Below are positions 16,650-24,972 of a stretch of 64,000 bases of DNA, one piece after another. The position numbers and the translations under genes are program-made. The DNA is taken from positions 75,969 through 139,968 of the forward strand of contig JAIPHX010000003.1 in assembly GCA_021734995.1 (NCBI GenBank). Reading direction: 5' to 3'. The notes beneath the pieces were generated by a model. The model saw only the letters and a program-made list of their open reading frames with translations, had not been told where the DNA came from and made no database searches. Position 1 is the stretch's first letter. Every line of letters starts with the position of its first letter. The stretch is from Minisyncoccota bacterium (GTDB lineage: Bacteria > Patescibacteriota > Minisyncoccia > Phycocordibacterales > UBA9973).

Positions 16650-17534
16650 ATGAAAAAACAGAAATTGGGATTTATTGGGCTTGGCCTGATGGGAAAATAT
16701 ATGACTCTTAATTTACTCAAAAACAAGTATCAAGTCGTCGGGTATAATCGTTCAAAGAAGGTATTAAATGAATTAAAAAAATCAGGTTTAATTATTGCTC
16801 AAAATCCTAAAGAGATAGCTCTTAGAAGTGAAATTATAATTTTAATGTTGCCGAGCTCAAAAGAAACAGGTGAGGTTATTTTCGGCAAGAGTGGATTAAT
16901 TGAGGGTTTAAGAAAGGGGCAGGTTGTTATTGATATGAGCACTTCTAACCCCGCAGAAACTAAAAAGATAATGGAAGTTTTGAAAAAGAAAGGTGTGTTT
17001 ATGATGGATGCTCCAGTGTCTAGGGGGCAAAAAGCAGCAGTCGCAGGAGTTCTGTCTATAATGGTTGGTGGTGATAAAAAGATTTTTAATAAATGTTTAC
17101 CAATTTTTAAAGCAATGGGGGAGTATGTAGTATATTTAGGATCTTTTGGTTCCGGGTTGTATGTGAAAGCATTAAATAACTTTCTTTTTGCAATGAACTT
17201 ATTGGCAAGTAGTCAGGGATTGATGATGATAAAGAAAAATAAGATAGATTTAAAAAAGGCAATAGAAGTTATTGAAGAGAGTTCAGGAAATAATACAGCT
17301 CTATCTCCATCTATTAAAAATCGTCTTGGTGAAAAACATCCTTCTATTGGTTTTTATCTTAAACATATGGCTAAGGATATGAAGATATTTAACGATGTTG
17401 TAAAAGATCAAAAGATCTACAATACTCTTGCAAAACCCGTTTCTGACTTTTTCGCAAAAATGGCAAAGTTGCACACTGGTAAAGATTCAATGTATTTGTT
17501 TGAGCATTATGTGGTAAAAAGCAATAAAAAATAG
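16650..17534 (+). CDS. NAD-binding 3-hydroxyisobutyrate/6-phosphogluconate dehydrogenase-family oxidoreductase
   Basis: N-terminal Rossmann motif LGFIGLGLMGKYM. Overall length and layout fit the HIBADH family. Confidence 0.6.
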   Translation: MKKQKLGFIGLGLMGKYMTLNLLKNKYQVVGYNRSKKVLNELKKSGLIIAQNPKEIALRSEIIILMLPSSKETGEVIFGKSGLIEGLRKGQVVIDMSTSNPAETKKIMEVLKKKGVFMMDAPVSRGQKAAVAGVLSIMVGGDKKIFNKCLPIFKAMGEYVVYLGSFGSGLYVKALNNFLFAMNLLASSQGLMMIKKNKIDLKKAIEVIEESSGNNTALSPSIKNRLGEKHPSIGFYLKHMAKDMKIFNDVVKDQKIYNTLAKPVSDFFAKMAKLHTGKDSMYLFEHYVVKSNKK

Positions 17535-17566
17535 TATTTACCACTTATTTTTTTCCATTAAACTTA

Positions 17567-17652
17567 TTCGAACATCACCCCAAGTTCGGAGCAAAATTTT
17601 CGCCCATATTTTATAAAGGTTATTTTTCGGAGGTTAGTAGAAGTTCGAACCT
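17567..17652 (+). repeat. cassette-boundary repeat copy R6 (consensus)
   Basis: ttcgaacatcaccccaagttcggagcaaaattttcgcccatattttataaaggttatttttcggaggttagtagaagttcgaacct. Confidence 0.75.
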
Positions 17653-17738
17653 AAATATATATATTGATACCCACTGTGGGGGAAATATGATAAATTTTGC
17701 ACATATTCTACATAGGCGTGAGATGATATAATGAGACC

Positions 17739-18299
17739 ATGAAACAAGTACTTGGTCTTAGAAAGGGATTTGTTAAGATAGAAAAATATAATCCCTTGTG
17801 GCAAAAAGAGTTTGACAAAGAAAAGAAAAACTTGAAAAAAATTTTTGGTGATGTTTCTCTATCAATAGAACATGTAGGATCTACTTCAGTTGTAGGCTTG
17901 TCTGCAAAACCAATAATTGATATTGCTATTGGAGTTGATTCACTAAAAGACATAGCACAAGTTAAAGAGAAAATATTAAAGTTCTCGCATTATTCGATCA
18001 AGGAAAATAACGCAGATGGTGAAATCCTTATGAGAAGAGGTGTGCCAATAAAGTTGGGTGAAGATAAACCAAATTTTATAACTCATTTTATTCACATTAT
18101 GGAAATAGATAGCAGGAAATATAAGGAAACACTAATATACCGTGATTATCTAAGAAAAAATAAAGAAGTCCTAAAAGAATATGATAATCTAAAGAAAAAG
18201 TTGGCTATAAAATACCAGAAAGAAAGAAAATCTTATACTAAAGCAAAGGATGAGTACATCAAAAGTATTTTAAGTAAGTGTAATAGCTCGAATTTATAG
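17739..18299 (+). CDS. GrpB-family (nucleotidyltransferase-fold) protein
   Basis: HVGSTSVVGLSAKPIIDIAIGV matches the GrpB/UPF0157 signature. Confidence 0.6.
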   Translation: MKQVLGLRKGFVKIEKYNPLWQKEFDKEKKNLKKIFGDVSLSIEHVGSTSVVGLSAKPIIDIAIGVDSLKDIAQVKEKILKFSHYSIKENNADGEILMRRGVPIKLGEDKPNFITHFIHIMEIDSRKYKETLIYRDYLRKNKEVLKEYDNLKKKLAIKYQKERKSYTKAKDEYIKSILSKCNSSNL

Positions 18300-18411
18300 T
18301 ACTGATTTGTAGCTAGACCCTTCTTACTACAACTTATTCGTAAAACTTATTACAGTATTACGATACTTACGATATATTTATATATCTTTTATTTATCATT
18401 CAATATCTCTT

Positions 18412-18497
18412 GTCGAACATCATCCCAAGTTCGGAGCAAAGTTTTAAGCAATATATCCCAATGGTTAGTCTTCTTACCTTAGTAAAAGTTCGAACCC
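18412..18497 (+). repeat. cassette-boundary repeat copy R7
   Basis: gtcgaacatcatcccaagttcggagcaaagttttaagcaatatatcccaatggttagtcttcttaccttagtaaaagttcgaacc. Confidence 0.7.
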
Positions 18498-18556
18498 CAT
18501 TGATACTTGCACGGTTTTACTAATGTGATATAATAGGCGTATCACTATGAAGAAGA

Positions 18557-18595
18557 CCCTTATGTAGATTCGTCTACATTGGGGGCTTTTTCTTT
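18557..18595 (+). terminator. rho-independent terminator hairpin (bidirectional context)
   Basis: cccttatgtaga-ttcg-tctacattgggg is a ~11-bp stem followed by ctttttcttttt. It is preceded by promoter-like tgtgatataat (18522..18532) and a tiny ORF (MKKTLM). Confidence 0.5.
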
Positions 18596-19078
18596 TTAGG
18601 CTTTATTTGAGAATTTGTGGTAGTGGTCGTTTAAGAAGGTTATTTCTGTATTTTTATTTCTCAATAAAATAGAGCACTTCTTCTCATCTGGAGCAATAAT
18701 GCAATCCATCGATTTATTTTCTTTTAGAAATTCTACTAAACACCCAAAGTCACCATCTCCTGTTATTAAGATACAAGAATTAAATGATTTAGTATAAAAA
18801 TCAGATGTGGCTTTTAGCACAAGCTCAGCGTCGCAATTTCCTTTTATTTTCTCTCCGATAGATACAGTTTGCTTAAAAATTAAAATATAACCGCACTTTT
18901 GAAGATGTTCATAGAACTTTGTCCTCTCTGGTACTAGCCCAATGAATAGATATACAATCCCTGGATTATATTTTTGACGGAGCCAGCCACGAAATTTTTT
19001 ATAATCAATCTCGAATCCCAGTTCCTTGGCTGATCTGTATAAGTTATTTCCATCAATGTAAATGTTTGCCTTGTTCAT
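18596..19078 (-). CDS. NYN/LabA-like PIN-fold domain protein (inverted cassette)
   Basis: IYIDGNNLY at the N-terminus and ILITGDGDF match the conserved acidic motifs of the NYN domain. Confidence 0.6.
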   Translation of the reverse strand: MNKANIYIDGNNLYRSAKELGFEIDYKKFRGWLRQKYNPGIVYLFIGLVPERTKFYEHLQKCGYILIFKQTVSIGEKIKGNCDAELVLKATSDFYTKSFNSCILITGDGDFGCLVEFLKENKSMDCIIAPDEKKCSILLRNKNTEITFLNDHYHKFSNKA

Positions 19079-19120
19079 TACGTAATTATATCACCCCTTA
19101 ATCCTTTAACAATATACTTA

Positions 19121-19206
19121 TTCGAACATCACCCCAAGTTCGAAGTCAACAAAATCACTTTATTTTACAATGTGATTTTTTATTACTTTAATAGGAATTC
19201 AAATCT
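19121..19206 (+). repeat. cassette-boundary repeat copy R8 (central terminator hairpin, degenerate 3' end)
   Basis: ttcgaacatcaccccaagttcgaagtc-aacaaaatcac-tttattttacaa-tgtgattttttatt...ggaattcaaatct. The -10 atgatataat and an ATG at 19223 follow. Confidence 0.7.
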
Positions 19207-19222
19207 ATGATATAATTTTTGC

Positions 19223-20086
19223 ATGAATGTTGATTTAAAAAAGTTAGGGGAGTCATTGAAAGAAGTTTTTCTTAATCAGGAAAAGTTTGAGATGGATTTA
19301 GTGATCAAAGAATTTAATGGTGCAGATTTTCTTTTCTTTTATATTTATGAGTCACAAGATGATGCATCTCCAATATTTTATTTTATTCTAAGTCCATGGG
19401 ATGCTAAATCAAAGGTTGCACCGCAAGGGGCACAAGTATTCAAAGGTGGCAAGTTAATTTTTCAAACTGATTATACTGAGTATGTAAAAATACGTACTGG
19501 ACTAATGGACGCTTTTGCCCTTCAAGCTATTGGGAAAGATCCATCAAATGCACGTATACTTTATATAGGAGCTGGTGGAGTGGCTGGTTGGTCATTACGT
19601 GCTCTTAAAACATATTTTCCAAAAATCACTAACATAGATTACAAAAATGAAACAAATGGTCAACTAATCTTTGAGGAAATAGGGAAAGAAATTGGTGTTA
19701 AAACAAAATTTATAGATAAGCCAGATTTTGGTGAATATGATTATATTTTTATGCACACTAATTCACGTGAACCAGTACTTTTAGAAGATGATGTACAGAA
19801 ATTAAAAGATGGTGCATTTATTTCAATTTTCAGTGATAAAAATGAAGCAGTCCTTGATGTATACAAAGATGCAACTATATTAGTAAACTGGCTTGATAGT
19901 TTTGAGAAAGAATCAGATCTAATAGAAGGGAAGTCAAAAGGGATTATTGACCCAACACAAGCAATAACAATACGTCATCTTTTAGAAGGCGGAACATTAC
20001 CCACTAAACATCATATTGTTTTCCGTTCTGGTGGTACGCCTATGCAAAACGTTGCAATGCTTAAGTATTTAATGATGAAGGAGTAG
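19223..20086 (+). CDS. hypothetical protein with Rossmann-like GxGGxxG motif
   Basis: ILYIGAGGVAGWSL suggests dinucleotide binding. Otherwise unassigned. Confidence 0.4.
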   Translation: MNVDLKKLGESLKEVFLNQEKFEMDLVIKEFNGADFLFFYIYESQDDASPIFYFILSPWDAKSKVAPQGAQVFKGGKLIFQTDYTEYVKIRTGLMDAFALQAIGKDPSNARILYIGAGGVAGWSLRALKTYFPKITNIDYKNETNGQLIFEEIGKEIGVKTKFIDKPDFGEYDYIFMHTNSREPVLLEDDVQKLKDGAFISIFSDKNEAVLDVYKDATILVNWLDSFEKESDLIEGKSKGIIDPTQAITIRHLLEGGTLPTKHHIVFRSGGTPMQNVAMLKYLMMKE

Positions 20087-20095
20087 ATAAATATA

Positions 20096-20192
20096 TTCTA
20101 ACGTTCTCCCAAGTCCGAAGCAAAATCTCTAACTTTATTTCATAAGGAATTTTTTTCCTACAATTTTAGGAACTATTGCGAAGTTTGAACCT
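20096..20192 (+). repeat. cassette-boundary repeat copy R9 (degenerate)
   Basis: ttctaacgttctcccaagtccgaagcaaaatctc ... ggaactattgcgaagtttgaacct. The -10 tgataaaat and an ATG at 20213 follow. Confidence 0.6.
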
Positions 20193-20212
20193 GTGATAAA
20201 ATTATTGACAAT

Positions 20213-20608
20213 ATGAAACAATCAATTGCTCTTACATCGTTAGTTGTTGCAGATTACGATGAGGCTATTAATTTTTATACAAAAAAACTTCATTTTTCTT
20301 TAATTGAAGATACATATCAACCAGAAGAAAATAAGAGATGGGTAGTTGTTGCTCCACCAGGTTCTTCTAGTTCTCAGCTTCTATTAGCAAAAGCATCTAC
20401 ACCTGAACAAAAATTATTTATCGGTAATCAAACTGGGGGAAGAGTATTTCTTTTTCTAAATACTGATGATTTTTGGAGAGATTATAAAGAAATGATTTCT
20501 GTGGGAATTGAATTTGTGAGAGAACCCAAGACTGCTTCTTTTGGGACATTTGCTGTCTTTAAGGACTTGTATGGAAATTTATGGGACTTAATTGAGGTAA
20601 AAAAATAG
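20213..20608 (+). CDS. VOC-family (glyoxalase/bleomycin-resistance fold) protein
   Basis: 131 aa. Paired beta-alpha-beta-beta-beta modules. The C-terminal FGTFAVFKDLYGNLWDL is typical of VOC proteins. Confidence 0.6.
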   Translation: MKQSIALTSLVVADYDEAINFYTKKLHFSLIEDTYQPEENKRWVVVAPPGSSSSQLLLAKASTPEQKLFIGNQTGGRVFLFLNTDDFWRDYKEMISVGIEFVREPKTASFGTFAVFKDLYGNLWDLIEVKK

Positions 20609-20634
20609 GATTTTTTATTTTCCTACAATACTCA

Positions 20635-20667
20635 TTAGAACATCGTCTCAAGTGCGGGTCAAAATTT
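20635..20667 (+). repeat. cassette-boundary repeat, degenerate 5' half
   Basis: ttagaacatcgtctcaagtgcgggtcaaaattt. Confidence 0.45.
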
Positions 20668-20755
20668 AAAGATAGCTATTAATACATATAAAGTATATGC
20701 TTAATATATTATCTTGTTTTGTCGGGAACATGGACTTATTCTAGATTTTTATTTT

Positions 20756-20893
20756 ATGATTACAACAATTGCAATTATCTTATTGATCTTATGGGTTTTA
20801 GGTTTTATTGGTTTTCCTATTTTAGGAGGATTTATTCACATACTTTTAGTGATAGCTGTAATCCTTGTTTTGCTTCGTATCATTCGCGGGTAA
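20756..20893 (+). CDS. lmo0937-family small membrane protein (45 aa)
   Basis: MITTIAIILLILWVLGFIGFPILGGFIHILLVIAVILVLLRIIRG. The track ORF 20719..20904 is in a different frame. This frame gives the conserved ...LRIIRG C-terminus typical of the lmo0937/DUF5670 family. Confidence 0.55.
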   Translation: MITTIAIILLILWVLGFIGFPILGGFIHILLVIAVILVLLRIIRG

Positions 20894-20924
20894 AACTCAT
20901 TTAATTTTATCCAAAAAGGTTCTC

Positions 20925-21010
20925 ACTTCGTCTAGTAGAGGGAGCAAAATTTTAAGCCATATTTTATAATGGTTACTTTTTGCTATTTTTTTTTGCAAAA
21001 GTTCCTGCCT
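20925..21010 (+). repeat. cassette-boundary repeat copy R11 (degenerate)
   Basis: cttcgtctagtagagggagcaaaattttaagccatattttataatggttactttttgc ... gcaaaagttcctgcct. Confidence 0.55.
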
Positions 21011-21036
21011 GAATTATTTTGGTGTATAATTTAAAA

Positions 21037-21573
21037 ATGGAAACAATAATAGAAAAAGCAAAAAGATTTGCAAAAGAAGCTCATAAAAATCATTCAGAGA
21101 ATGATTCACTTAAAACACCTTATTTCTTCCATCTACAGAGAGTTGCTAGATTGGTTCAATTATCTGGTGGAACAGATGAAGAAATCGCTTCTGCGTGGCT
21201 TCATGATACGGTAGAAGATACTGATGTAACAATTGAAGATATACAAAAAGAGTTTGGTGACAATATAGCAAGTATTGTTAACGGACTAACAGACCTACTT
21301 GAATGGAGTAAACTTTCTATTTCAGAAAAAAAATTAGCCCAAGCAGAAAGGATTTCCAACGAAAATGATTCTGTAAAACGAGTTAAGATTGCTGACCAAA
21401 TCTCTGGTAGTGAATTAGATGCTAGAAATCTTCTTATAAGCAAGCAAGATAGATTGGAAAGTTTTGAAGGTGTTAAAAAGGTTGCTAGTGCTTGTAATGG
21501 AGTTAGTCAAGGTCTTGATGATTTATTTTCTGAAATAAGCGAAGAGATAGACTGGTATTTAGCGAATAGCTAG
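21037..21573 (+). CDS. HD-domain metal-dependent phosphohydrolase
   Basis: HLQRVARL ... WLHDTVEDT gives the H...HD...D motifs. Start moved to the ATG at 21037 (METIIEKAKRF), because the track start at 21019 would include the tgtataat promoter. Confidence 0.65.
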   Translation: METIIEKAKRFAKEAHKNHSENDSLKTPYFFHLQRVARLVQLSGGTDEEIASAWLHDTVEDTDVTIEDIQKEFGDNIASIVNGLTDLLEWSKLSISEKKLAQAERISNENDSVKRVKIADQISGSELDARNLLISKQDRLESFEGVKKVASACNGVSQGLDDLFSEISEEIDWYLANS

Positions 21574-21581
21574 AATAGCTA

Positions 21582-21666
21582 TTCGAACATCCTCTAAAGT
21601 TCGGAGCATTGCAAATATTCTCATTTTTCAGGGGTATTTTTTCTACTTTATAACAAGTGCTAACCT
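21582..21666 (+). repeat. cassette-boundary repeat copy R12
   Basis: ttcgaacatcctctaaagttcggagcattgcaaatattctcatttttcaggggtattttttctactttataacaagtgctaacct. Confidence 0.65.
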
Positions 21667-21683
21667 GTGGTAGAATTAAAATT

Positions 21684-22247
21684 ATGCAAAATAATGTATT
21701 TATATTCCACGGAACTGAAGGATACCCAGAAGAAAACTGGTTTCCTTGGCTAAAAGAAAAACTTGAAGCAAAAGGTTGTAATGTTATTGTGCCACAATTT
21801 CCAACTTCTCCAGTAGTGCCTGCTAAAATAGCAGAATGGTTTGAGGTCCTAAAAGGTTATGAGCAGTATATAAATGAAGATACAATTTTAATTGGTCATA
21901 GTTTAGGTGGCGTATTTGCTCTAAGAGTATTAGAACAATTAAAACATCCAGTCAAAGCAGTTTTTCTAACAGGAACACCAATAGGAGTAAAACCAATTCT
22001 TAGTTATGATAGGGATAATAGTTTTGGTGGTTTTAATTTTGATTGGCAAAAGATTAAAACTAACGCTAAACATTTTGATGTTTTTCAATCAGACAATGAC
22101 CCTTATGTTTCTTTAGGGAATGGAGAACAATTAGCTAAAAAATTAGGTGTTGAGCTTACTTTTATACCAAATGCTGGGCACTTTAATAAAAAAGCAGGAT
22201 ACTTAAGTTTTCCTGATTTATTAACTAAGATTGAAACAATTTTATGA
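21684..22247 (+). CDS. alpha/beta hydrolase (YdeN/RBBP9-like serine hydrolase)
   Basis: Nucleophile elbow GHSLGG, catalytic-region Asp and a C-terminal His (NAGHFN). Start moved to the ATG at 21684 (MQNNVFIFHG), downstream of the tggtagaat -10. Confidence 0.6.
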   Translation: MQNNVFIFHGTEGYPEENWFPWLKEKLEAKGCNVIVPQFPTSPVVPAKIAEWFEVLKGYEQYINEDTILIGHSLGGVFALRVLEQLKHPVKAVFLTGTPIGVKPILSYDRDNSFGGFNFDWQKIKTNAKHFDVFQSDNDPYVSLGNGEQLAKKLGVELTFIPNAGHFNKKAGYLSFPDLLTKIETIL

Positions 22248-22253
22248 GAATAT

Positions 22254-22649
22254 ATGGAAAATTATAGAGGTGTAATAATTGAAGAAAGCTTAGAAAACAA
22301 AGAAGTGCTTAAAAAAGTTCAGATTTTGGAAACCAAGATTAGTATTGTTTCAGAAAAACATAAAACTCCTTGGATTAAACAATGGACCTTGCATACTGTT
22401 TTAATTCCAGAAAATGAAGCTGAGAACATTGCTAAAGAGCTGAGCGTCTCTTTGGATACAGAGCATAACTGGTATGCTGATTATAGAAGCAAAACTCATC
22501 ATTATATTATTTTCAGAGATAAGGTTTTTTACATAAACAGAAAAAGCATAGAAGAATATAATAAAGCAAAAGAGTATGGTCTTTCTTTGGGTATTCCAGA
22601 ATACCAAGTAGATTTTCACCCAGATGTGAAAGAGTGGGAAAAAGAATAA
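22254..22649 (+). CDS. hypothetical protein
   Basis: 131-aa ORF directly after the hydrolase with no intervening repeat. Same cassette. Confidence 0.4.
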   Translation: MENYRGVIIEESLENKEVLKKVQILETKISIVSEKHKTPWIKQWTLHTVLIPENEAENIAKELSVSLDTEHNWYADYRSKTHHYIIFRDKVFYINRKSIEEYNKAKEYGLSLGIPEYQVDFHPDVKEWEKE

Positions 22650-23251
22650 AATTAGTTCTGAGCATTGGTGTTGCTTTTGTAATACATCTATTATTTGGTA
22701 TAATTAATGTTATGAAAAATAACAAAGGTTCAGTGTTAGTTATTGTATTAACAATGGCGTTATTGGTTGCTGTTGGGGGTGTTATATATTATGCAGGTAA
22801 GAGTTCAAAAACTATTCCTTTTGTAGAGGAAAATAATCTACTACAAGAGAATCAAGGTAATGTTGTAAATAATCCAGTAAACAATAATACAACAACAGTA
22901 ACAACTACAACAACTACAGTTGCAACTCCTTCTATTACAGTTCTTTCTCCAAATGGTGGAGAATCATATACTACTAGTACTACCATTAAACAGATTCCAG
23001 TAACATGGAAAAGTTCTGGTATTGTAAGTCGTAATGTTGCCATATATGTTAAAAATGTTTCTACTGGGAATGAAGCACCTATTTTAGTAGCTCCTGATAA
23101 CGGCTCAACAGAAATTTACGGTATTCCTTCTGGAAATTATAAAATAAGAATTTGTAATACTAATGCCCAATCAGGAAATTTTGAGGTTGTATATAACCCA
23201 GATTGTTCCTCTGCTTCTGATTATTCTGATAATTCATTTACAGTTCAATAG
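22634..23251 (+). CDS. membrane-anchored protein with Thr-rich linker
   Basis: Two N-terminal TM helices, a TTTVTTTTTTVATP linker and a beta-rich extracellular domain. Overlaps the previous ORF by 16 nt. Confidence 0.45.
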   Translation: MGKRIKLVLSIGVAFVIHLLFGIINVMKNNKGSVLVIVLTMALLVAVGGVIYYAGKSSKTIPFVEENNLLQENQGNVVNNPVNNNTTTVTTTTTTVATPSITVLSPNGGESYTTSTTIKQIPVTWKSSGIVSRNVAIYVKNVSTGNEAPILVAPDNGSTEIYGIPSGNYKIRICNTNAQSGNFEVVYNPDCSSASDYSDNSFTVQ

Positions 23252-23339
23252 GTATAAGTAATTTAACAAAAAGACCCATTGTAAGGTACCCCATTTTTAA
23301 TACTAAAAGTTAACCTTTAATCCATGTTATAATTAAATT

Positions 23340-23627
23340 ATGGTTAAACATATTTTACTTTTTAAATTCAAGCAAGGAGTAAGCGAAGAGGAAAAGAATA
23401 AAGGAATAGAAATGCTTAGATCATTAAAAGAAAAAGTTCCTGAAATTAAGGAATGGGAGATAGGAATACAGAGAGAGAAATCAGAAAAATTCTATGATTT
23501 TGCCCAAGTATCTTCTTTTGAAAATATTGAAGATATAAAAAGGTTTGGTGAAAATCCAGAACATGAAAAAGTTAAGGCATATCTAAAAGAAAGAGCAGAT
23601 TGGGTAAAGGTTGATTATGATTTTTAA
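23340..23627 (+). CDS. Dabb (stress-responsive dimeric alpha+beta barrel) protein
   Basis: 95 aa. MVKHILLFKFKQGVSEEEK ... fits the Dabb domain. Confidence 0.55.
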   Translation: MVKHILLFKFKQGVSEEEKNKGIEMLRSLKEKVPEIKEWEIGIQREKSEKFYDFAQVSSFENIEDIKRFGENPEHEKVKAYLKERADWVKVDYDF

Positions 23628-23657
23628 ATCATAACTACTAATTTCCACCAATATACT

Positions 23658-23713
23658 TATTTGAACATCATACGAAGTTTAAATTTGCATTAAGGTTTAT
23701 TTATGGGAATAAG
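23658..23713 (+). repeat. cassette-boundary repeat, degenerate copy
   Basis: tatttgaacatcatacgaagtttaaatttgca ... aaggtttatttatgggaataag. Confidence 0.45.
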
Positions 23714-23834
23714 AATCAAAAAACTTAAATACTGTTGTTTAATTACAGAAGAAAATGTTTGATACATTAAGATTCGTCTCCAAATAAAACTATCCAAATA
23801 CTTCCATAGTATGAAATATTTTTTAGAACTGTAT

Positions 23835-24284
23835 TTATGAATTAATTTTTATAAATGCTTCTTTCACTGACTTGTTAAATATAAAATAATAACCAATAAT
23901 AAGGTTAATCACCAAAATAATGAAATTATCATAATTGCCATTTAATATTGATCCAATACTTACCAAAATTCCAAGAATAGAAATAATGATAACAAGAATT
24001 CTTGTCCAGTTTTTACCAGACCATAAACCCCTAGCTACAAAAAAATATACAAAACCAATTAGGATTACAATAAAACCAATAACAACAAAAACAGCAGTGC
24101 CTATTGTAGTTATTGGTGGGAAAAATTGACCCATAACTCGAGACAATATATTGCCTGCAAATATTGCCCAAATTCCTGAAATCCAAACACCTACCGCAAT
24201 AATATAATTTATAACAGCTAGTATTTTTACTGGCAAAGGTACAATTTTTAATAAACTTTTATCCTCTATAATTTTATTATCCAT
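23835..24284 (-). CDS. membrane protein (inverted cassette)
   Basis: 149 aa, 4 predicted TM helices. Confidence 0.45.
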   Translation of the reverse strand: MDNKIIEDKSLLKIVPLPVKILAVINYIIAVGVWISGIWAIFAGNILSRVMGQFFPPITTIGTAVFVVIGFIVILIGFVYFFVARGLWSGKNWTRILVIIISILGILVSIGSILNGNYDNFIILVINLIIGYYFIFNKSVKEAFIKINS

Positions 24285-24430
24285 AAATTTTATTAATATT
24301 AATTACTTTTCTAATACATATATATTAACCTAAATACTAAAAAATTCATAAAAATTAAACATCTTCTTTTTTCGCTAAATAACTTGGAATATTCGCTTTA
24401 GTTTCATCTTTGGTGAGATGGGACTGTCTC

Positions 24431-24501
24431 ATGTTTGGATCCTAATTTAAAGTCATATATTTTAATGGTTATTTTGCCTACCTAAGTAGCAGTTCAAACC
24501 C
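24431..24501 (+). repeat. cassette-boundary repeat copy R14 (3' half conserved)
   Basis: catgtttggatcctaatttaaagtcatatattttaatggttattttgcctacctaagtagcagttcaaaccc. The -10 tgatataat and an ATG at 24518 follow. Confidence 0.6.
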
Positions 24502-24517
24502 ATGATATAATACTAAA

Positions 24518-24865
24518 ATGTTTAATAAAAAAAATATACAAAATATACCAACAGAGCAAACCTCACATAACTCTGGTTCTAGAAAGATGTTGACTACCAA
24601 AGAAGAAGTTGACTCTAGGTGCTTTGAAGCTTTTACTTACGGGTTTTTACCACCAAAAGAAAAATGGGTAATGCACAAACATGAAAATATTGTTGAAATA
24701 TGTTTGGTAGTAAAAGGGTCTGGTGTTATCAGAAACTTAAAAGGGGAAACAGAAAAATTTGAATCTGGAGACAGATTTATTTTCCCCTCTGACATAGAAC
24801 ATGAAATAGAAAATCTTTCGGAGGAGACAGCAGAATTTTATTTTTTTAGGATTCAATGTATTTAA
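24518..24865 (+). CDS. cupin-domain protein
   Basis: HKHENIVEICLVVKGSG ... GDRFIFPSDIEHEIEN gives the two cupin motifs. Confidence 0.6.
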   Translation: MFNKKNIQNIPTEQTSHNSGSRKMLTTKEEVDSRCFEAFTYGFLPPKEKWVMHKHENIVEICLVVKGSGVIRNLKGETEKFESGDRFIFPSDIEHEIENLSEETAEFYFFRIQCI

Positions 24866-24871
24866 GACTTA

Positions 24872-24956
24872 TTCGAACATTGTCCAAAGTATAGAGCCTG
24901 TGAATCACTTTTATCTTCAAGGCAACTTTTACCTACCTTTGTAGAAGTTCGAACCT
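24872..24956 (+). repeat. cassette-boundary repeat copy R15
   Basis: ttcgaacattgtccaaagtatagagcctgtgaatcacttttatcttcaaggcaacttttacctacctttgtagaagttcgaacct. Confidence 0.7.
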
Positions 24957-24972
24957 ATGATAAAATCATCAT

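Noticed and set aside
20719-20904. 61-aa ORF from the track
   Set aside because: Wrong frame. The overlapping 45-aa lmo0937-family ORF (20756..20893) gives a conserved family signature.
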